Of a stretch of 64,000 nt of DNA, positions 38,589 to 48,767 are shown piece by piece (the stretch's first letter is position 1; each line of letters opens with the position of its first letter). The notes under the pieces were generated by a model that ran no database searches, was not told the DNA's origin, and worked only from the letters and a program-made list of their open reading frames with translations. The DNA is from an uncultured Solirubrobacterales bacterium (GTDB lineage: Bacteria; Actinomycetota; Thermoleophilia; Solirubrobacterales; Solirubrobacteraceae). The position numbers and the translations under genes were made by a program. The stretch covers positions 16,080 through 80,079 of the forward strand of contig CAVZAK010000036.1 of assembly GCA_963773165.1 (NCBI GenBank), in the 5' to 3' direction.

Positions 38589-39596
38589 CTACCCGATGAC
38601 GATCACGTAACCCGGACCGTCGCCGTAGCCGCCGGGGCTATAGCCACCGCTGCCGTCGCCGCCATAACCGTAGCCGCCACCGCTGTAGCCATAGCCGCCA
38701 CCGCCATAACCGCCACCGCCATAGCCGGCACCGCCGTAGCCATAGCCGCCACCGCCATAGCCGCCATTACCACCGGCACCCGTGGAGGTCGAGGTCTGCT
38801 CGGCGCCACCCTGGTAGGCCACCTTGAACCCTGAACCGTCCGAGGAGAGCCCAGACGGCGCGGCGCCTGCCGATGCGTTGTAGGAGACGAAACCGTCGGA
38901 GCTGCCGCCATTCAGCTGGACCGGCTCCGACGACCAGTTGGAATCGGAGATGGTGCCGGTGTGGCCGTTGGACGTGACCGATGCGTTCGTGAAGTTGACG
39001 GTCCCGAAGTCAGCCAGCGGCACCGGGGTGCAGCTGCCTGAGCCGTCGCACTGCGACGGCGCTTCCGCGATCCACTCGGCACTCGAGAGGTCGGGGTCGC
39101 TCATCTGAGACGTCTTGCTCGCCGACTGCCCGGTCGTCTCGTCCGTCAGCGACATCGTGACGTTCGAGCCGCTTACGGTCACCTTGGCCGAGATGTGATC
39201 TCCAGGCGAGATCGCGACGTCGAACCGTACGGGGGCCGCGGGAACGATCTCCCACCACGAGTAGTGGGTCGCGGCGCCTGTGCCGCTGCAGTCAGACTCC
39301 GTGCCGACCTGCTCAAGGTGCTGGGAGCTCTGGCCGGCACCGCCGAGCCCGACCCAGTACGCCGCATCGCCCTGGCCGGCGCTGCAATTTGTGGACGGCT
39401 CGGTCCAACTCCCCGAGACGCTCGAGAACTGCTGGTTTGAGTTGCTCTGCGAACCGCCGACCACGTAGCCCGACCAGTTGGCGCTAACCGCCGACTGCTG
39501 ATCGGTCGTCGCAGCGGACGCCGAGGAAGCGACTACTCCCGCGCCGGTCATGGAACCCACGATCGCGAGCGCGGAAATCAAATGTCTTCGTTGCAT
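38589..39596 (-). CDS. secreted G1 family (glutamic) endopeptidase with Gly/Tyr-rich tail
   Basis: signal peptide; SANWSGY, WVGLGG, EQVGT (catalytic Q), SAEWIAEAP (catalytic E), LADFGTV. Confidence 0.88.
   Translation of the reverse strand: MQRRHLISALAIVGSMTGAGVVASSASAATTDQQSAVSANWSGYVVGGSQSNSNQQFSSVSGSWTEPSTNCSAGQGDAAYWVGLGGAGQSSQHLEQVGTESDCSGTGAATHYSWWEIVPAAPVRFDVAISPGDHISAKVTVSGSNVTMSLTDETTGQSASKTSQMSDPDLSSAEWIAEAPSQCDGSGSCTPVPLADFGTVNFTNASVTSNGHTGTISDSNWSSEPVQLNGGSSDGFVSYNASAGAAPSGLSSDGSGFKVAYQGGAEQTSTSTGAGGNGGYGGGGYGYGGAGYGGGGYGGGGYGYSGGGYGYGGDGSGGYSPGGYGDGPGYVIVIG
38620..38775 (-). repeat. (GGYG)n coding low-complexity repeat
   Basis: GYGGGGYGYGGAGYGGGGYGGGGYGYSGGGYGYGGDG; boundaries approximate. 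Confidence 0.85.
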
Positions 39597-39821
39597 ATTC
39601 GTTGCCCATCTTTCTTGGCCGCGCGAAGCACGCGGCGCGGGTGGAAATCACTTTGGAACGAGGCTGCTGCCGGTCGCGAAGAGAGCCCTACGAAGTGCCT
39701 AAGAGACCGCTAGGAACTGATGAAGAGCTTTATGTGAGCGCTTGGCGACCGCGCCGCTCGATACCGTGCAGGCGCGTCGCTGAGGCGGCGCGTAACCGGC
39801 ATACGGGGAGAGGAGACGAGC

Positions 39822-40388
39822 ATGAGCGAGCCCCCCATCACTCGCGGTGAGATCCGCGAGGTGACGTGGGCGTGGTGGCTGCTGCTGTTGATCGGGGTGC
39901 TGAGCATCGTCGCCGGCGCGATCGTGATCGCCAAGCCCAGCAACAGCCTGGCGACGCTCGCCGTCATCTGCGGCATCTTCATCCTTCTCGACAGCCTCTT
40001 CGAACTCGCGATCGCGGTGTTCTCCGAACACAGTGGCGTGGCGGCGCTGCTCGGTGTCGTCGGGATCGTGATCGGGATAATCCTGATCCGCCACCCGACC
40101 CACAGCGTGCTCGCGATCGCGCTGTTGATCGGGATCTGGCTGATCGCGATCGGCGTGATCAGGCTGGTCAGAACCCTCGCGCTGATCGAGCATCGGGTGT
40201 GGAACGCGGTCGTCGCCGTGATCGAGATCATCGCCGGCATCGTGATCGTCGCTAGCCCGAATATCGGCTACACGACGCTCGCCGTGCTGGTCGGCCTCGG
40301 CTTCATCTTCAACGGCGTCGCGCTCGTCGTGCTCGGCTGGTCGATGTTCAGAGTCCGCAGGGACCCCACGCTGGCCCAGGGCGCGTAG
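39822..40388 (+). CDS. HdeD/DUF308 family membrane protein
   Basis: GGAGAGGAG RBS; WWLLLLIGVLSIVAG; six TMs in repeated GxxxxxxG pairs. Confidence 0.82.
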   Translation: MSEPPITRGEIREVTWAWWLLLLIGVLSIVAGAIVIAKPSNSLATLAVICGIFILLDSLFELAIAVFSEHSGVAALLGVVGIVIGIILIRHPTHSVLAIALLIGIWLIAIGVIRLVRTLALIEHRVWNAVVAVIEIIAGIVIVASPNIGYTTLAVLVGLGFIFNGVALVVLGWSMFRVRRDPTLAQGA

Positions 40389-40436
40389 GCCCAGGGCGCG
40401 CAGGGTCCCGGCGGGGCGTCACGGACGCAGGCGGGA

Positions 40437-41549
40437 TTACTCCCGCACGGCCGCGTCCGCCTGCTCTGCCAGCTCGGTCATGAAGTCGACGAACCCGGTC
40501 GACTGGCCGCGGAACAGCCCGTCATCGGTCAAGAACTGCAACGCGCCCATCGCCGCGCCTTCGGTCTCAGTCGGCCGGATGATCGAGCACTTGGGGAACT
40601 TACGGCTGAGGAACACGGTCGGCTCGGGCATGATCAGGTTCGTCTGGAACAGCTCGCCGCCAAATGGAGGTGAATTGAGATCGGGGAACTCGAGCCCATT
40701 CGTCGGGTCTGTGAGCGGTGGCGCGTTGCCCGCCTTGTCGCTCCACGTCTGAAAGTGCATCGTCTCGGTCGGCCCGATACTCAGCAGGACCCGCAGCACT
40801 TCGGGATCCGTCACCCGTTGAGCGAGCGACGGGTACAGGCTCGTGCCACCCTGCTCGATCGTCGCGAAATGGAACCCGGCGGTGTTGGCGATCGCCTGTA
40901 GATGCTTACCGGGCTTGAGGTCCCCATCGGATCGCGGTATCGCTGGGAACGCCCCGGCCATAAGACCCGGAACGGCCGGCGGAAAGCTGTCGCCCAAGTC
41001 CGGATTCTTATTGCTGCTTCGATATCGCGTCCACCAGGTCGTATCGACGGTCAGGTCCATCAGATTCGTCAATCGCTTGATCTGCTGCGCGCCGGTCGCC
41101 GTGCTGCTCGGCAGCTTCCGGAACGGGCCGAGATCGACTGGCTTGCCACCGCGAGCCGCCAGGTATGCGTTTAGGAACTTGAAGTGCGTGTGCTCGTCGT
41201 CGGTGTTGTCGTGGATGTACTGCGCCATGTCCGAATCGAGCTTTGACACTGCAGCGGTGTACGCCGGGTTGCCGCTGCCGCCCGGGACCTCTCGGTCCTG
41301 GATGCCGGCCAGCTCGTTGTACTGCTGCCAGAGATCGGTCTCGAGGATCTCCGCCGCGGCAAGGAACCGCAGGATCGCCTCGTCTCCGGTGGGCAGCGGG
41401 CTCTGTGCCAGCGCCTGCGGAATGCTGGCGAAGATGCTGGCCCCGAGGGCTGCCGCTCCGGCCCCGGCAAGGAACGATCGACGACTGCTCAGGGGTCCCC
41501 GACTCTGCGTCGCCGTTGACTGGTTCGGCGAAGAGGATGCATTGTTCAT
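40437..41549 (-). CDS. Tat-exported ferritin-like domain protein
   Basis: SSRRSFLAG Tat motif; AEILETDLWQQY, DDEHTH, IEQGG, ETMH diiron-like ExxH motifs. Confidence 0.82.
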   Translation of the reverse strand: MNNASSSPNQSTATQSRGPLSSRRSFLAGAGAAALGASIFASIPQALAQSPLPTGDEAILRFLAAAEILETDLWQQYNELAGIQDREVPGGSGNPAYTAAVSKLDSDMAQYIHDNTDDEHTHFKFLNAYLAARGGKPVDLGPFRKLPSSTATGAQQIKRLTNLMDLTVDTTWWTRYRSSNKNPDLGDSFPPAVPGLMAGAFPAIPRSDGDLKPGKHLQAIANTAGFHFATIEQGGTSLYPSLAQRVTDPEVLRVLLSIGPTETMHFQTWSDKAGNAPPLTDPTNGLEFPDLNSPPFGGELFQTNLIMPEPTVFLSRKFPKCSIIRPTETEGAAMGALQFLTDDGLFRGQSTGFVDFMTELAEQADAAVRE

Positions 41550-41942
41550 TGTTTGACTCCGTGTTCGTGGTTGACAGACAGCTCGTTGCTCGGCGCCGCC
41601 AGCGACGGCGCTGTGACTAAGCGATCACGGTCCGCGGGCACGACTCGGCGTGCCCGCGCTGACTGCGCGGAGCATCAATTCCTCATCCACCCGGCCACCG
41701 AGCAGCGGCCGAGTCACTATCCCCCGAGTTACCTGGTCACACCCTCTGACGCTGTGGCGCGACTATTCCTTCCCACGGCCGCAGCTTCGATGTCGGCTGG
41801 CGCCCGTCCAGCGGATCGAGCATCCACCGTCGAGTATTCGTCCGTCCAACCCATCCAGATGGCACAAAACGCCGACCGATCAACTAGATTGGCGACCGAC
41901 GCATCGAGCAGTTCACATCACGAGCTGGAGGGGACGGGACCG

Positions 41943-43640
41943 ATGTTGAGAGCTTTGGGGCGATCACTGATCGCGTGCGTGACGACCGGCGCCGCAGTTC
42001 TGGCCTTCTCGGCCAGCGCCGAGGCGATCAGTAGCCCATTCACGATCGGGTCGAACACGCACGGCTTGCCTTCGCAGCCGGCCGTTGCCGTCGATTCGAC
42101 CGGCACCGCGTACATCGTCTGGGACGATCAGATCCCGACCGGGTCCCAGCCGGCCGACACGGTTCTGAACTTCTGCAAGGTCTCGAAGGCCGCGCCCCAC
42201 TGCAGCCCGGTTGAGCTGCAGGTTCCCGATCCCAGTCAGGCCCTGTTCTTCGACCCACCCTCGGTGCTCGTCGACGGCACCACGGTCCGTGTGTTCGAGG
42301 AGGTGGGCGGCGCGGTAAACCAGACCGAGGACGGGATCGACGAGTGGATCTCGACAGACGGCGGTGCCACCTTCACCCAGTTCCCCTACTCGCTCAGCAA
42401 TCCGCAGGTCGGCGATACCGAGGGCACTGGACCGATGCCGGTGATCCCCTTGTTCGGCGACAACATCGGCTTCGGTTACGTGTCCGCGATTCAGAATCCG
42501 CTGTTCCAGGCCAACTCGGTGGTCGCCCCTCAGGACTACTCGTCGGCAACTACGCCGATGCCGCCATCGGCTTCGCTCAACCCCGCTCCGGACAACTACA
42601 CCGTCGGCAATCTCGGCGGCGAGTTCGCCTCGCAGCTGACCGGTACGACCGGCATCCTCGGGGTCTTCCAGCTGATCGAGACCGGCCCTTGCCCGTCGAC
42701 CGACGGTCTCGTCTACGCCTACTCGCCATTGTCTGCGGCGACCACCAACAGCGAGCTCAACACGACCACCGGACAGCCCGGAAGCCCATGGGCACCGCTT
42801 GGCTCGGTCACCTGCAACGCGGACTACCCGGCGGTCACGAGCGGCCCGGCTGGCCTCGGCCTGCTGGCGACGAATGACACGACCCTGTCGGCGCAGAAGC
42901 TTCAGTTCCGCCGTTTCACTCCGCCGGCGAAGTGGAGCGCTCCGTTTACTGTGACCGACAACGTTGGGCTCGAGCCAACCGTGTCTCAGGACAGCCACGG
43001 CGGGATGTACGCCACGTTCCTCAACAACGACCATGGCGTGCAGCTCGCGTATAGCTCAAACGCAGGCAGCAACTGGTCAGGGCCGGTCACGCTGTTCGGC
43101 ATCAAGGACGAGACCTCTGCCGACTCGCTTGCCAGCGCTGTCAACGAGGAGGGTCAGGGATGGGCGGTCTACGCCTTCCAGGGCACCGAGTACGCCCAGC
43201 CGTTCGTGAAGGCTGACGCCGGCCCGCCCGAGGACAGCCATCTCAAGCTCAAGCCCGGGACGTTCAAGGGCTCCTCCAGCGGCGGATCGATTGTCAAGAA
43301 GGCCAAGAGCCACGACACGTCGACCGTCACCTACTTCGACACGGGGGCCGCGAAGACGACGTTCAAGGTCATCGAGCTGAAGAAGGGCTACAAGGTGGGA
43401 CACGGTGCGTGTAAGGCGCCTCCGAAGCACGGGCATGCGCCCAAGCACGCGCACCAATGCACGCGCGACGTGTCGAAGGGCAGCTTCTCCCACCAGGACA
43501 GCGCCGGCTCCAACAGCTTCGTCTTCAGCGGACGCGTGAGCGGCCACCGGCTGTCCCGTGGAAGCTATGAGCTCAAGGCGACACCCAAGCTGGGCACGCT
43601 GACAGGCAAGACCGTCTCGGCGAAATTCAAGATCGACTGA
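41943..43640 (+). CDS. secreted beta-rich (BNR/propeller-like) protein with basic C-terminal domain
   Basis: start ATG 41943 with GGAGGG RBS; signal ...SASAEA; STDGGATF and SSNAGSNW Asp-box-like motifs; Lys/His-rich C-domain with a C...C loop. Confidence 0.75.
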   Translation: MLRALGRSLIACVTTGAAVLAFSASAEAISSPFTIGSNTHGLPSQPAVAVDSTGTAYIVWDDQIPTGSQPADTVLNFCKVSKAAPHCSPVELQVPDPSQALFFDPPSVLVDGTTVRVFEEVGGAVNQTEDGIDEWISTDGGATFTQFPYSLSNPQVGDTEGTGPMPVIPLFGDNIGFGYVSAIQNPLFQANSVVAPQDYSSATTPMPPSASLNPAPDNYTVGNLGGEFASQLTGTTGILGVFQLIETGPCPSTDGLVYAYSPLSAATTNSELNTTTGQPGSPWAPLGSVTCNADYPAVTSGPAGLGLLATNDTTLSAQKLQFRRFTPPAKWSAPFTVTDNVGLEPTVSQDSHGGMYATFLNNDHGVQLAYSSNAGSNWSGPVTLFGIKDETSADSLASAVNEEGQGWAVYAFQGTEYAQPFVKADAGPPEDSHLKLKPGTFKGSSSGGSIVKKAKSHDTSTVTYFDTGAAKTTFKVIELKKGYKVGHGACKAPPKHGHAPKHAHQCTRDVSKGSFSHQDSAGSNSFVFSGRVSGHRLSRGSYELKATPKLGTLTGKTVSAKFKID

Positions 43641-43832
43641 CGCCGGCCCTCGGCACCGACGCCACGGTCGTATACCGGGCCGCTTGGCGCTACTTAACTA
43701 TTTCGATTGAGATAATCTCTCAGCTCGCGCCCAGCCCCCCCGGGGATAATGTGGGCGACACCAGATCGGCCATTGCATCCGAGCGGCGTGGGCGTACCGC
43801 GAACCGCCCCGCCGAGGAGGAAGGAGCGTCTT

Positions 43833-45185
43833 GTGAGCGAGCACGAGCACAGCGGTCCCGGCTATGCGTCCCCGCAGGTTGCGCGCCAGCAGCCCCCCGA
43901 GCAGTTCGCCTATGTCGCCTGCCTCTATGTTGGAACGGGGATCGAGCGGCCCGACTTCATCGCCGTCGTCGACGTCAATCCGCAGTCCGCGAGCTACGGC
44001 GAGATCGTCCACCGCACGGACATGCCCAACGTCGGCGACGAGCTCCACCACTTCGGCTGGAACGCCTGCTCGTCGGCATGCCACTCGCAGCTGCAGCGCG
44101 ACACCCTAATCGTTCCCGGCATGCGCTCCTCACGACTCCACATCCTCGACATCTCCGAGCCCGGTGCGCCCCGGATCAAGGACGTGATCGAAGGCGAAGA
44201 GCTCAAGGAGAAGACAGGGTTCAGCGTGCCGCACACCGTCCACTGCATGCCCGGAGACATCGTCACCCTGTCTATGCTCGGCGACGCCGAAGGGAATCTT
44301 CCTGGCGGGTTCGCCGTGCTCGACGCACGGGATTTCTCGGTGGCGGGACGCTGGGATCGAGAGAAGAACGGCCAGGAGTTCATGTACGACTTCTGGTACC
44401 AGCCCCGCCAGAACACGCTCGTCTCAAGCGAATGGGGCGCTCCGAACACTTTTCTCGACGGCTTCAATCCAGCCGACGTGGCCGAGGGCAATTATGGGCG
44501 GCGCCTGCATTTCTGGGACCTCGAGCGCCACGCGGTGGTCCAGACACTCGACCTCGGCGACGAGGGATGGATCCCGCTCGAGCTCCGCTGGCAGCACGAC
44601 CCTGACTCGGCCCAGGGGTTCGTCGGCGCCACCCTCTCATCGAACATCATCCGCTTTCACCGGGACAACGGCAGCTGGAGCGCGGAGAACGTGATCGACG
44701 TTCCCAACGAGGCGCTCGACGGCTGGCCGCTGGAGGGCGGGGTTCCGGGGCTGATCACCGATCTGGTGCTGTCGCTCGACGACAAGGACCTGTTTTTCTC
44801 GAACTGGCTCCATGGCGACATTCGCCATTACGACGTATCGGATCCGGTCAACCCCCAGCTCCGGTCGCAGGTGTGGCTCGGTGGTCTGCTCGGCCGTGAC
44901 GGCGGCCATCCAAAGGCGCCCGCAGCGCTCAACGGCGGTCCCCAGATGCTCCAGAACTCGCTCGACGGCGACCGCGTCTACGTCTCCAACTCGCTCTTCT
45001 CGACCTGGGACAACCAGTTCTATCCGGACCTGAAGGGCTGGCTGACCAAGCTCGATCGCCAGCCCGACGGCAGCTACGCCCTAGATCCGGAGTTCTTCGT
45101 GGACTTCGACGCCCAGGCCGACGGCGCGCGCCCGCACGAGATCCATCTGGCCGGCGGCGACTGCACGACTGAGATCTTCCAGTAG
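43833..45185 (+). CDS. selenium-binding protein SBP56 / methanethiol oxidase-like, no signal peptide
   Basis: AAGGAG RBS, GTG 43833; DELHHFGWNACSS, YDFWYQPR, SSEWG, GGPQM, WDNQFYP, GGDCTTEIF. Confidence 0.9.
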   Translation: MSEHEHSGPGYASPQVARQQPPEQFAYVACLYVGTGIERPDFIAVVDVNPQSASYGEIVHRTDMPNVGDELHHFGWNACSSACHSQLQRDTLIVPGMRSSRLHILDISEPGAPRIKDVIEGEELKEKTGFSVPHTVHCMPGDIVTLSMLGDAEGNLPGGFAVLDARDFSVAGRWDREKNGQEFMYDFWYQPRQNTLVSSEWGAPNTFLDGFNPADVAEGNYGRRLHFWDLERHAVVQTLDLGDEGWIPLELRWQHDPDSAQGFVGATLSSNIIRFHRDNGSWSAENVIDVPNEALDGWPLEGGVPGLITDLVLSLDDKDLFFSNWLHGDIRHYDVSDPVNPQLRSQVWLGGLLGRDGGHPKAPAALNGGPQMLQNSLDGDRVYVSNSLFSTWDNQFYPDLKGWLTKLDRQPDGSYALDPEFFVDFDAQADGARPHEIHLAGGDCTTEIFQ

Positions 45186-45193
45186 CCCACACC

Positions 45194-46060
45194 GTGCGCG
45201 CGCTCGCGTTTGACTGGTCAGTCGACGGCCCGGTCGGCACGGCCTTCCTCGTCGTCGTCGTCGGGGTCGCCACGGCGTACCTGCTGGCGGCGAGAGTCGG
45301 CACCCAGCGCGATCGCCGCCACCGCCGCTGGCCGCGCGAGCGCACGGTCTGCTTCCTTGCTGGGCTGGTCGTGCTCGTCGTCGACCTGTACTCGGGAATC
45401 GGGACGGAGGCGGACTCGCGGCTATCGATCCACATGGTCGAGCACATGATCATGTGGGTCGTCGTCGCGCCGCTGCTCGCGGGCGGAGCTCCGATCCGGA
45501 TGGCGTTCTTCGCTCTACGCCGGGACGGGCGCAGGAAGCTGTCCGGATTTCTTCGCTCCCGCCCAGTATCGGTCCTGACCGCGCCGGTCGGCTCGGTGGC
45601 GCTGTTCTCGGCCGTGATCGTGCTCACACACGTTCCGGCGGTGTACGGGCTGACCCTTCGAAACGACTATGCGCACGAGGCGGAGCACGGCCTCTACCTG
45701 CTCGCCGCGATGGTGATGTGGGCTCCGATTCTCGGCGTCGATCCGCTGCCGCACCGGCCTGGTCCTCGGGGGCAATTCGCGTGCATGGCCGCCTGTATGT
45801 TGGTGATGACCGTGATCGCGGTGTGGCTCGGAGCCACGTCCGAGCCCGTCTACCAGCACTATGTGGCGACGCTCGGCCCATCGGCCCTCTCCGACCAACG
45901 GCTCGCAGCAACGATCATGTGGGCGGGCGGGCTGCCGGCGTTGGCAATCCCGGTGCTGGCCCGGATCAGGATTCCGGCCCCGGGGGTCCTGTTCCCACCT
46001 CGGCAGCTTCGCGCTCGCTTGGATCGGCTGCGCCGCCGGCCGGGCGCGGCTCGAGCGTGA
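45194..46060 (+). CDS. Caa3-type CtaG copper-delivery membrane protein
   Basis: HMVEHM, THVP, HEAEH, DQRLAATIMW; 8 bp after the SBP56 stop. Confidence 0.82.
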   Translation: MRALAFDWSVDGPVGTAFLVVVVGVATAYLLAARVGTQRDRRHRRWPRERTVCFLAGLVVLVVDLYSGIGTEADSRLSIHMVEHMIMWVVVAPLLAGGAPIRMAFFALRRDGRRKLSGFLRSRPVSVLTAPVGSVALFSAVIVLTHVPAVYGLTLRNDYAHEAEHGLYLLAAMVMWAPILGVDPLPHRPGPRGQFACMAACMLVMTVIAVWLGATSEPVYQHYVATLGPSALSDQRLAATIMWAGGLPALAIPVLARIRIPAPGVLFPPRQLRARLDRLRRRPGAARA

Positions 46061-46424
46061 CCACGGCAATCGAGATGTCGTGGCGCGTGTCGATGCCGCT
46101 CACGAACGCGACCGTGCGCCGTCCGAGCGCACGCTCGACGATCGCTCGGAACTGTTCCTCGAGGGCGTACTGAAAAAACATCCGCTCTTCTCGCAGCCGG
46201 GCATGCTCGCCCATCGCCGCGAGGTTACGCTCGACAACCGTCATGCTGTCCTCGAGCACGACGACCAGCGTGTCCGGCCCCGCGAACTGTGCTCGCGCTT
46301 TCGTCGGGCCACGCCCGAACGCATCCTTGTAAAGCCGCACGACCGCGTTTGAGATCTGGAGGAGCACGCTCCCGCTCCGGGCTCCGTCGCCAGCCGTGTC
46401 GACCTCGGGCGATGGCGCCGACAA
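45966..46424 (-). CDS. DUF2294 (MpsC-like) protein
   Basis: ISNAVVRLYKDAFGRGPTKARA, LEDSMTVVERNL, IVERALGRRTVAFVSGID; start TTG 46424 inferred. Confidence 0.78.
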   Translation of the reverse strand: MSAPSPEVDTAGDGARSGSVLLQISNAVVRLYKDAFGRGPTKARAQFAGPDTLVVVLEDSMTVVERNLAAMGEHARLREERMFFQYALEEQFRAIVERALGRRTVAFVSGIDTRHDISIAVVTLEPRPAGGAADPSEREAAEVGTGPPGPES

Positions 46425-46597
46425 CCAACCAGCCGGTCCGCCTGGCAATCCAGATGATCTCGTTGGCGGTCGGCTCAAAATTGGTCCCGTCACGCCTACG
46501 CGCGACCGCTTGCACCCGATCATGGGTGAGCGCGCGGAACTATTGCATCCTCAGGCTGAAATCGAGCCGGCGGCGCGCAAAGGCAACGATGGCGGGG

Positions 46598-48673
46598 CTA
46601 CGCGGGGGTCGGACTGGGGCTCGGCTCGCGAGCCGGAGCCTCTCTCAGGAGCTCTCGCGCGAGCCGCGTCAGCAGGCCGGCGAGATCCTCGTTCTCCTCT
46701 GGAGCCCAGCCGTCACACAGCCGTGCAAGTGCCGCCCGGCGCTCGGCCACAAGCCGCTCCGCGATCTGCTCACCCTCCGGGGTCACCTCGCGGGTCACGG
46801 GCTCACCCTCCTGTCCCGGCGCCTCGAGGACCAGGCGGCGGTCCTCGAGCTCCGACAGCGCCTTCCAGCCAACCTCCGCGGGCACGTCGTACGCCGCGCA
46901 CAGCGCATCGACGTCCGCGTGGGGATCGTCGCGCAGCCGCACCAGGAGCCAGCACGCAGCGGCTGACAGATCCACCCCGGCGCGCTGCGCGAGCACCTCT
47001 ACCGCGCGTCGCCTGTCCTCGCGACCGATCGCGATGCTCAGCGCCCGTGACGCCTCTGCGAGCGAGTCCACCTGCTTGGGCACGGCGAACCCCTCGCCCA
47101 CGCCGCTCGCCGCCGCCACCGTCTCGCGCAGCGGCCGCTGCTCGAGCATCCAGCTGAGAAGGAAGGCAACCGCCGACACACAAGCGGCCACGATGAACAC
47201 GGTCGACAGCGCGTTCGTGAATGCGTGGATATAGGCGTCATGGACGGGTGGGGGCAGCCTCTTGAGGGCCGCCGGGTTGGCATGCGCAACGCTCCCCCCG
47301 AGCGCCTTGCCGGCTGACGGGGGCAGCACCGAAACGAGTTCGGACGCAAGACGATTGCTGAAGATCGAGCCGAGCACAGCGGTGCCAACCGATCCTCCGA
47401 TCGAGCGAAACAGCGTCGCGCCCGCGGTGGCGACGCCGAGGTCGGCGTAGTTGACGGCGTTCTGCACCGCCAGCACCAGCACCTGCATCACCGAGCCGAT
47501 CCCCAGTCCCAGTACGAACATGTCGGCGGACGCCTGGAGCCGAGAGGTGCTCGCGTCCATCCCTGACAGCAATAGAAGCCCGATCGTCATCAGCGCCGTA
47601 CCCAGGATCGGGAACACCTTGTAGCGCCCGGTCCGGCTGATCACCTGCCCCGAGCCGATCGAGGTGACCAGCAGGCCCCCCATCAGCGGCAGGATCTGGA
47701 GTCCCGAGCCGGTCGGGCTCGCGCCGTTGACGACCTGCAGGAACAAGGGCAGATACGTGACCGAGCCGAACAACGCGAAGCCGACGATCAGGCCGATCGC
47801 GCTCGTGACCGTGAACACTCGGTTGGCGAACAGCCGTGGCGGCAGCACAGGTTCGGCCGCGCCGCGTTCCACAAACACGAATAGCACCAGCAGAACGATC
47901 GCCGCGGAGCCGAGGATGACGATAAACGGCGAGCCCCACTTGTAGTCCGTGCCCCCGAGCGTCAGCGTCAGCACGGTCGCGCTCAAGCATGCCGCGAGCA
48001 GCGCCGCCCCCAGGTAGTCGATCCGATAATGGGCCTCTTCGCGCACCGTCGGCAGCGTCGCGGCCAGCACGATGAATGCGACAACGCCGAGCGGCAGGTT
48101 CACGTAGAAGATCCAGCGCCAGGAGAGGTTTGTGGTCAGGAACCCGCCCAGCAACGGCCCGATGACGCTGGCCAGCCCAAACACAGCCCCGAAGTAGCCC
48201 TGGTACTTGCCGCGCTCGCGTGGCGAAACCACATCCCCTACCGCCGCCATCGTCGAGACCATCAACCCCCCGCCACCGAGGCCCTGAAGGGCGCGGAACG
48301 CGATCAGCATGGTCAGGCTCTGGGCGGCTCCGCATAGCGCCGAGCCGATCAGGAATACGACGAGCGCGAACTGAAGGACGACCTTGCGCCCGTATAGATC
48401 GCCGAGCTTGCCGTAGATCGGGGTTACCGCGGTCTGCGCCAGCAGGTACGCGGTAACAACCCACGAGATGTGGTTGAGTCCGCCGAGGTCCCCGACGATC
48501 GTCGGCAGAGCCGTCGAGACGATCGTCTGATCGAGCGCGGCCATCAGCAAGACGAGCATCAGCCCGGCGAAGACCAGGCCCACGCTTCGGTGCTGGGTCG
48601 GCGGCGTGGCGCCGACACGCGGAGAGCTCCCGGCCCTCCCCCCTACCTGCGGACCGGTCGCATCGGCGGTCAT
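46598..48673 (-). CDS. DHA2 MFS efflux pump fused to a MarR-like winged helix
   Basis: [33 protein letters not shown]; C-tail [12 protein letters not shown]...LEDRRLV...VTPEGE; start ATG 48673. Confidence 0.9.
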   Translation of the reverse strand: MTADATGPQVGGRAGSSPRVGATPPTQHRSVGLVFAGLMLVLLMAALDQTIVSTALPTIVGDLGGLNHISWVVTAYLLAQTAVTPIYGKLGDLYGRKVVLQFALVVFLIGSALCGAAQSLTMLIAFRALQGLGGGGLMVSTMAAVGDVVSPRERGKYQGYFGAVFGLASVIGPLLGGFLTTNLSWRWIFYVNLPLGVVAFIVLAATLPTVREEAHYRIDYLGAALLAACLSATVLTLTLGGTDYKWGSPFIVILGSAAIVLLVLFVFVERGAAEPVLPPRLFANRVFTVTSAIGLIVGFALFGSVTYLPLFLQVVNGASPTGSGLQILPLMGGLLVTSIGSGQVISRTGRYKVFPILGTALMTIGLLLLSGMDASTSRLQASADMFVLGLGIGSVMQVLVLAVQNAVNYADLGVATAGATLFRSIGGSVGTAVLGSIFSNRLASELVSVLPPSAGKALGGSVAHANPAALKRLPPPVHDAYIHAFTNALSTVFIVAACVSAVAFLLSWMLEQRPLRETVAAASGVGEGFAVPKQVDSLAEASRALSIAIGREDRRRAVEVLAQRAGVDLSAAACWLLVRLRDDPHADVDALCAAYDVPAEVGWKALSELEDRRLVLEAPGQEGEPVTREVTPEGEQIAERLVAERRAALARLCDGWAPEENEDLAGLLTRLARELLREAPAREPSPSPTPA

Positions 48674-48767
48674 CGAGGCACACAATGGTATGCGGCGCGC
48701 TCGGTGGGCGCAGGCATTCCGCGGCCACCGTCGCGCGAGCAGGCGGCGGTCGGGTACGGTCTGGCCC

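Noticed and set aside
38620-38775. Repeat array considered as CRISPR-like
   Set aside because: In-frame Gly/Tyr codon repeat with no spacers and no cas genes
40373-40400. 13-bp direct repeat GGCCCAGGGCGCG across the HdeD stop
   Set aside because: Two copies only; probably a local slippage duplication
41633-41658. 10-bp hairpin CGCGGGCACG-N6-CGTGCCCGCG in a divergent intergenic region
   Set aside because: Isolated GC stem with no U-tract or riboswitch context
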